Below, in pieces: positions 58,376-64,000 of a stretch of 64,000 bases of DNA. Positions within the stretch are counted from its first letter, which is position 1, and every line of letters starts with the position of its first letter. The notes under the pieces were generated by a model. The model saw only the letters and a program-made list of their open reading frames with translations. It ran no database searches and was not told the origin of the DNA. The position numbers were made by a program, and so were the translations under genes. The DNA is from a virus. The stretch lies in the IMG/VR virus record IMGVR_UViG_3300042863_001519, positions 30,805-94,804 of that record; one strand, 5' to 3'.

Positions 58376-58984
58376 ATGGGAAAGCACATATTACAACTTA
58401 ATTTTCCAGATAGCACTAATGAGGGAGTATTTCTTATAGATGACATATCAATTTATGACAACACTCTTTTAGGAATATCTTCTGCAATATCTGGTTCAAC
58501 AACACCTCCTTGTTCTGGGGTTATAATCCCATGTGCTAATTTACAAATTACTCCTCCCGGTTTCTATACTCCTACATTAATAAGTGTTGCTTATGGGAAC
58601 TTTAGGCTTGTATTCAATGCTTGTACTTTGGGCATTACAGGTTCTATAAATTGTGTATCAAGTTGTCCTGCTATACCGGATGGTTTGTACAATGTTCGAT
58701 ACTCAGTGGCACCGAATGATAAAGTATTTGTAGAGTACAAGATTCTCAGGATTACTCAGGCAATGAATAGGTATTATAACTTACTTTGTAGAATAGGGTT
58801 AACAAATTGTCTACCGAGCCAAGAGTTGCAATATCAGATTAACAATCTCCAAACAATCAATACATACCTTACTGCTGCCAAAGTAATGGTAGAGAATGAA
58901 CATCAGTTTACTGATGGAATGAACCTTTATCGTTTTGCAGTAGAGTTAATGGATAAAATGAGTTTTGAACCAAACAATTGTTAA
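58376..58984 (+). CDS. virion structural protein
   Basis: LQITPPGF...PDGLYNVRYSVAPNDKVFVEY; probable start MGKH. Confidence 0.6.
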   Translation: MGKHILQLNFPDSTNEGVFLIDDISIYDNTLLGISSAISGSTTPPCSGVIIPCANLQITPPGFYTPTLISVAYGNFRLVFNACTLGITGSINCVSSCPAIPDGLYNVRYSVAPNDKVFVEYKILRITQAMNRYYNLLCRIGLTNCLPSQELQYQINNLQTINTYLTAAKVMVENEHQFTDGMNLYRFAVELMDKMSFEPNNC

Positions 58985-58989
58985 TAGTT

Positions 58990-59157
58990 ATGAAGAACCA
59001 ACAAAAACAGTTTATGATTCCCCAAAATGCAACACATTGTCCTAGCTGTGGAAGATGTTTTTGCGGTGTAGCCAAAACAAGTACATCTGATGGCAAACCA
59101 ATTTGTGTTAATTGCAAACCAGCATACGAAGCTAAGATAGCAAAACAACAACAATAA
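58990..59157 (+). CDS. small Cys-rich protein (not in ORF track)
   Basis: CPSCGRCFCG...SDG..ICVNC. Confidence 0.6.
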   Translation: MKNQQKQFMIPQNATHCPSCGRCFCGVAKTSTSDGKPICVNCKPAYEAKIAKQQQ

Positions 59158-59158
59158 G

Positions 59159-59506
59159 ATGAACTACAAAGATGGAATAAAAAGAATCAATAAAGATTAT
59201 GCTAACACAACTTATGCTACCTATTTAAAACAACAGTGGGGCATCAAAGTTGGCTATAACATAGTTAATCCTGATACTATGTACATGAGAAAGAAACTAG
59301 CTGACTGGCAGTTATCTTACGATTGTGCTGATGATCTTTGTAGTAAATCAAGAGTACAACCAATAGTTATAAAAAGTACAGCAGGTAGTTATCCTACAGG
59401 TACATGTGATATACTTAATCCACCTTTACATGCTAATTGTAATAATTGGTGGCGTGACTGGCCAAGAAATGTAAGAGAGATTTTAATAAATAGTTTTACT
59501 AGGTAG
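59159..59506 (+). CDS. hypothetical structural-module protein
   Basis: 115-aa ORF. Confidence 0.6.
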   Translation: MNYKDGIKRINKDYANTTYATYLKQQWGIKVGYNIVNPDTMYMRKKLADWQLSYDCADDLCSKSRVQPIVIKSTAGSYPTGTCDILNPPLHANCNNWWRDWPRNVREILINSFTR

Positions 59507-59541
59507 TATTTTCCAAGATAATTTTGTATATTTAAGATAAG

Positions 59542-60174
59542 ATGGCAGATCCAATAAAAAGTAATTTATTATCAAACACTTGCGGAGAACTTACAAGTTC
59601 TAATTGTGTTACTTGGGCTGGTCCAAATCTTGTTGGTCTGAGTCTATGTAGAGGTGCAACTTTAACTGATGTTATTTATGCTTTAAATAACAGCTGTTGT
59701 AATCAAGGTTTGTCACCTTGTTATACTGGAGAATGGGTCAGCCTAGTACCTACTATACCCCCTTCTGGTACAGCTGGTTCTACTACATGGACACTCAGTA
59801 ACTTTGGTATATCACAAGAGTTTTCTTTATCTGTTAATACAGAAGACGTACCAGGATATAGATGGACTAAAGACGGTAACATACAATTAAGAGGAACATC
59901 TGATTTTACCTTTGTCAGTTTTGTTGGTACCGAGGTATTTTCTATTCCATTAGGAACTGTTTCAACTACTTGCCTACCAGCTGGTATGAAGGCTCAATCA
60001 CATCTCATATCAGCAGATCTTGTAGATGCTGACCAACGGTTTGTAATATTTTGTAAAAGCTATATACGTATTACTAGTTCTGGTACACTAGAATTATTAG
60101 TATCTATTCGTTCACTAGCTCCTTTTACTGGTAGATACGTACTAGGATTAGGAGGCGTAACATTTAATCTATAA
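59542..60174 (+). CDS. Cys-rich fibre-type protein
   Basis: SSNCVTWAGP..C motif; C-terminal YR..G.I.LRG...LP beta module. Confidence 0.6.
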   Translation: MADPIKSNLLSNTCGELTSSNCVTWAGPNLVGLSLCRGATLTDVIYALNNSCCNQGLSPCYTGEWVSLVPTIPPSGTAGSTTWTLSNFGISQEFSLSVNTEDVPGYRWTKDGNIQLRGTSDFTFVSFVGTEVFSIPLGTVSTTCLPAGMKAQSHLISADLVDADQRFVIFCKSYIRITSSGTLELLVSIRSLAPFTGRYVLGLGGVTFNL

Positions 60175-60177
60175 TAT

Positions 60178-61353
60178 ATGCCACAGCTTCAACCATATGT
60201 ATCAAATACTCCCTTAGTAGTAGCTAAGAATTTAAGATTCTTAGTTGCTGGCATTCCTATTACTGAAATGCTACCTATAGGTATGGTAGGTACTGTGGTA
60301 AATGATAATCCTGAGACCGGTTACATCTCAAGAATAGGTGCCACACTAAGTGATCAAATTGACCTGTACAACAATGTTGAGCTTACTTTAAATCAGTACC
60401 TTATTGATATTAACAGTTTGGATACTAGAGTAACTGATCTTGAGATATCTGGCACTACTGTTCCTTCTGTAAATGGTCAATGTTACAATGGTAACTCTGC
60501 TATACTGGTAACAGATATGGTTGACTTGCTTACTTCTGACATGTGTCAATACAAACCTGTTCTTGGTACACCAAGTGAGCTTACATCGGCATTGGGTACT
60601 TATGCACCTGGTACAACAAATCTTTTATCTGCATTTAGTCAGAATAGCACTTTGTCTGGTTTAAATGGATGGTTATCAACATTAACTCCTACCATAGCAG
60701 ATGCTTTTAATAATATCTGGCTAGCATACTTTGATACAAGGGGTGCTATAGAGACTGTACTTGAAGCAGTTACACCAAATTGCTCTCAGGTTATTGTTGA
60801 TTTTCAATCTGTATACAGTTCAACTGCAGGTGGTTTCAATTTGTTTTTTAGTGGCTATTCTTTTATTCCTTCTGGTTATCAAGATGGTGGAAGTACTGTT
60901 ACAATAACAGATGACCAAAGTGGTATACTTTTTACCGGTTTCAATATAGTAAACCAGGCAGCTAATGTAAATCCTCTTTTTCTTCCAATTTCAGGATCTA
61001 CACTATCACCAACATCTGCTTTTTATACAGTTAGTATAACATCAAATGTTGCCAATGCTACTATAGGTACAATTTGTGTAAAGACAGTTATTCATACAAG
61101 TTCTCTTGAAGGAGGTGCTGGTTCTATCTATAACATAGGTAACTACACAGCTGCTATATCAGGAAGTACTGCAACAATAGTTTCTGGTTTAACATATGGA
61201 CCTAGTTTTGTACAGATAACACCTAAGGATAATCAAACAGCAACAGAATTAATAAACGGTTACTACTTGAGTTATACAAATGACGGTGCAACACTTATAT
61301 TGTTGACACCTGCTGTAACAACACTCAACATTGATTGGATAGCTTATAAATAA
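60178..61353 (+). CDS. virion structural protein
   Basis: 391 aa, Thr/Ser-rich, short coiled coil. Confidence 0.6.
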   Translation: MPQLQPYVSNTPLVVAKNLRFLVAGIPITEMLPIGMVGTVVNDNPETGYISRIGATLSDQIDLYNNVELTLNQYLIDINSLDTRVTDLEISGTTVPSVNGQCYNGNSAILVTDMVDLLTSDMCQYKPVLGTPSELTSALGTYAPGTTNLLSAFSQNSTLSGLNGWLSTLTPTIADAFNNIWLAYFDTRGAIETVLEAVTPNCSQVIVDFQSVYSSTAGGFNLFFSGYSFIPSGYQDGGSTVTITDDQSGILFTGFNIVNQAANVNPLFLPISGSTLSPTSAFYTVSITSNVANATIGTICVKTVIHTSSLEGGAGSIYNIGNYTAAISGSTATIVSGLTYGPSFVQITPKDNQTATELINGYYLSYTNDGATLILLTPAVTTLNIDWIAYK

Positions 61354-61358
61354 ATAAC

Positions 61359-61817
61359 ATGTGTAATTGTACTTCATCACCAGCTAATATATGCAATCAA
61401 TGTGCACAAGGAAACACATGTGGTTGCCCTCCTGATTATACTGTAATGCCATTACCTGTAGCATGTGGATGCTGCCCTACTGGATTTGTTTATATTCCTG
61501 CTACCCCTAATACCGCTGCAACATGTAGAGATATAGATGGTAAAACAACACTTCCCATACCTTGCCCAAGTTGTGAGGAAACATTATCTTCAAACTGTGT
61601 AATAGTACCTCCAGTAACTTGTATTAATTTTATAGGAGGATCAGTTACAGATCTTAGTAATCATCTTTGTAGTGAGGCATTTATAACTAGTCTATTAGTA
61701 AAAATAAATAACAGTTCAGCATTAGCAACAGCATTTTGTCGATTAGTAAATGCATGTCCTGCTACACCAGTAGGTAGTACACCAATAATAGGACCTATAA
61801 TTTCTTCTTTCCCATAA
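61359..61817 (+). CDS. very Cys/Pro-rich protein
   Basis: CNC...CNQC...CGCPP...CGCCP...CPSC...SSNCV. Confidence 0.65.
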   Translation: MCNCTSSPANICNQCAQGNTCGCPPDYTVMPLPVACGCCPTGFVYIPATPNTAATCRDIDGKTTLPIPCPSCEETLSSNCVIVPPVTCINFIGGSVTDLSNHLCSEAFITSLLVKINNSSALATAFCRLVNACPATPVGSTPIIGPIISSFP

Positions 61818-61827
61818 ACGATAAAAC

Positions 61828-62403
61828 ATGGCAACTTTTAATATACCAATAGTATGTCCAGATAGAACTGGTACAACTAACTTTAGAGTAAGATATCGTC
61901 TTAGTGGAGATGTTACATGGACTGCATTTCTTATTGCTAATGATGCAACAGATGTTACTATACCACAAGATTCACCTACAACTGTATTGGAGAACAATAG
62001 AATATATGACTTTCAAGTTCAGAACATAAATGGAGCTGATAATCCTTTGTCTTTGATTCTTCCAGGTATTGGTATTACTGATCCTGGTGTTGTTTTCTCT
62101 CCTACCAATACTTCGGTAGGTTTTGAGTTTCCAAATCTCTCAGTTGATATTGATAGTTACTTAATAACTCTTAGTACAGTAGAAGACCCATCTACAATAA
62201 TTGGTACTCAAACATTGTTTACTAGTAATGTTTATCCTTTGACAATGACAGGAACTTTTTCATCTTTGGATCCACTTACTGCTTATAGGTTTGTAATAAG
62301 TCCTGCAGCAAATCAATTTACCGAATCTTTTGTATACACGTTTATTACAGAAGCAACGGAACAATATCCTAACGTAATTTCTGTAACAGCAACTCTTTCT
62401 TAA
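61828..62403 (+). CDS. fibronectin-III-like protein
   Basis: FRVRYR...W, YDFQV, SLDPLTAYRF. Confidence 0.6.
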   Translation: MATFNIPIVCPDRTGTTNFRVRYRLSGDVTWTAFLIANDATDVTIPQDSPTTVLENNRIYDFQVQNINGADNPLSLILPGIGITDPGVVFSPTNTSVGFEFPNLSVDIDSYLITLSTVEDPSTIIGTQTLFTSNVYPLTMTGTFSSLDPLTAYRFVISPAANQFTESFVYTFITEATEQYPNVISVTATLS

Positions 62404-62404
62404 T

Positions 62405-63307
62405 ATGAATTTATCAATAGCTTGGGTACCACCTGTACCTGCTCCGACTTGTGGATATAGAGCTCTTTACCGGGCTAAAGGTGCATCTGCCTATACAGAG
62501 ATCAGTACCTCTGGTACCACAGCTACAGTAGTACTTACTGCACCTGCATGTTATGAAGGACTTGTAAAAAGTGACTACTGTTCAGGTACAGCAAGTGGTG
62601 TACCATTTGGAGTAAATGCATACGGAGAGTTTTCTGTAGATGGCACACTAAATGAAAGTAATGAAGTAGAAATTACAATCACCTCTGTATACCCAAGCCC
62701 ATATGATTTGATGGTATCAGGTACATATGATCTTACTGCAAACTTAGTTACTACTACGGAAACCTTTACTGATATAACACTAACTGCAGGAGATACTACT
62801 TATAGTGAAATAGTTACAGCACCTGTATCTGGTTCTACTACAATTTCAAATACTTTAGTTACTGCATTTGCCTCAGTATTTAATGAAGGAGGAGAGTTGC
62901 AACAACTTGACCTTGTAACTACACCAGAGTACTTTCAATTCTATTGGGACCAGGACGGTGAACCTGTATGGGATGGTGCACCAATAACTCTTCCTTCATT
63001 TACCCTTGATAGCTTTACTGTTACTGAGCAAGACATAGAAGGTAACCCTACTGCTGGTACATTGAACTTTTCTTACATTGTGTCTGATGGTCCTGCTCAA
63101 CCTTTCAATCTTGTAGAGATTATAGCAAACGATGACAATGGTAATATTGGTACAACAATAATATCTATTGAAAACAAAGGTGTTACAAACGGAACAATAG
63201 ATATTACTATTACTGGTTTACTTTCGGACAATCGTAGATTAAGAGCGTACTGGCCAGATACTACTCTTATTGCACTAAGGGATTTTGTGTTACCTACTGT
63301 TGATTAA
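62405..63307 (+). CDS. Ig/FN3-like Thr-rich virion protein
   Basis: IAW.PP....GYRALYR; beta-rich. Confidence 0.55.
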   Translation: MNLSIAWVPPVPAPTCGYRALYRAKGASAYTEISTSGTTATVVLTAPACYEGLVKSDYCSGTASGVPFGVNAYGEFSVDGTLNESNEVEITITSVYPSPYDLMVSGTYDLTANLVTTTETFTDITLTAGDTTYSEIVTAPVSGSTTISNTLVTAFASVFNEGGELQQLDLVTTPEYFQFYWDQDGEPVWDGAPITLPSFTLDSFTVTEQDIEGNPTAGTLNFSYIVSDGPAQPFNLVEIIANDDNGNIGTTIISIENKGVTNGTIDITITGLLSDNRRLRAYWPDTTLIALRDFVLPTVD

Positions 63308-63462
63308 AATAGCTGGTGTTGTTGGTTCCATCACTGCCGAGATAATCCGAAGAGCAATCTTCGGAAGTCTCGTATCTTTGCATTTTTTACACATAAAATG
63401 TTTATTGAGAGTAGCTCTTTGCACAATGGGAGTTTATTCGTATATTTATTCTGATGGAACCA

Positions 63463-64000
63463 ATGAGTAAAAATTTACAATTTACAATAGCAGATCTTCA
63501 TGCCCCTCGATTTTTTAAAAAGAGGTATGATCTTTTAGATAGAGATAATATACCCATCTTTAAAAAAATGAAGAGTGTTTATCCTGAACTAAAAGAGTAT
63601 ACAACTGCTGAGATAATCAAGTGTGTACGAGCAGTTAATGCTGCTATTGCAATAGAGGTTTTAGATAATAGAAATGGTGTTCGTTTGTCTGATGGTCTTG
63701 GAATTATAGTTGCCGGGGCATGTAAAATAAGTACAGAAACAGCAAGTAAAAATATTGATTACAAAGAATCAAAAAGACTAGGTAAGTTAGTTTATTATCA
63801 GAATCAAGTAAGTGATCAATATATTGCCAAAGTTAAATACAGCAATGATTTAGATCGGCACATGTTTGATAACCATCACATGTGGTGCTTTGATGCTGAT
63901 AGAAAATTATCTTCTAGTTTAGCAAAAGAGTTTAGAAAAGAAGGTGGTTATAAAAAGTACATAGTGTTTACTACAAGGCAGCACATTGGTCATTTGTTTC
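63463..64000 (+). CDS. IHF-like tail-module protein (runs off the window)
   Basis: Open from ATG 63463: MSKNLQFTIADLHAPRF...NRNGVRLSDGLGII...NIDYKESKRLG. Confidence 0.6.
   Translation, partial: MSKNLQFTIADLHAPRFFKKRYDLLDRDNIPIFKKMKSVYPELKEYTTAEIIKCVRAVNAAIAIEVLDNRNGVRLSDGLGIIVAGACKISTETASKNIDYKESKRLGKLVYYQNQVSDQYIAKVKYSNDLDRHMFDNHHMWCFDADRKLSSSLAKEFRKEGGYKKYIVFTTRQHIGHLF

Noticed and set aside
259-61997. Many 60-180 aa ORFs antisense to the main genes (e.g. 4092..4400, 19026..19526, 33815..34354, 47828..48244)
   Set aside because: Shadow frames of well-supported genes, with no motifs and composition mirroring the sense codons.
1-64000. Stop-codon reassignment as seen in some crAss-like phages
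   Set aside because: Long genes are intact in the standard code, and TAG and TGA end genes at normal operon junctions.

Overview
A 64-kb segment of a crAss-like (Crassvirales-type) phage of Bacteroidota, read with the standard genetic code. It has Bacteroidota-type TAnnTTTG promoters and A-rich leaders without Shine-Dalgarno sites. Minus-strand arm (1 to ~31.9 kb): replication genes (primase, putative SSB, Sak4-like ATPase, DnaB-like helicase, family B DNA polymerase), a GHKL ATPase, a ParB-like protein, an SPFH lipoprotein, a tmRNA and many small early genes. Plus-strand arm (~32 to 64 kb): HU/IHF-like and GroES genes, a PD-(D/E)XK nuclease, four glycosyltransferases and an FkbM methyltransferase, then terminase, portal, capsid and virion/lysis genes. 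Main sequence-level observations: (1) three free-standing homing endonucleases each sit between a functional, diverged terminus of a neighbouring gene and a stranded second copy of that terminus (polB N-terminus, tmRNA 3' end, C-terminus of a virion gene); (2) the helicase is fractured by a naturally split intein at Walker A with an out-of-frame HNH gene between the halves; (3) an 876-nt group I intron with exact P1/P10 pairing interrupts the GHKL ATPase; (4) a perfect chromosomal-type parS palindrome lies in a non-coding block; (5) the tmRNA has a 29-codon tag; (6) a promoter-driven structured RNA candidate lies at ~14.2-14.5 kb; (7) a GAACCAACAA leader motif recurs before late genes and has an antisense copy. 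Family assignments come from motif recognition by eye, not database searches.
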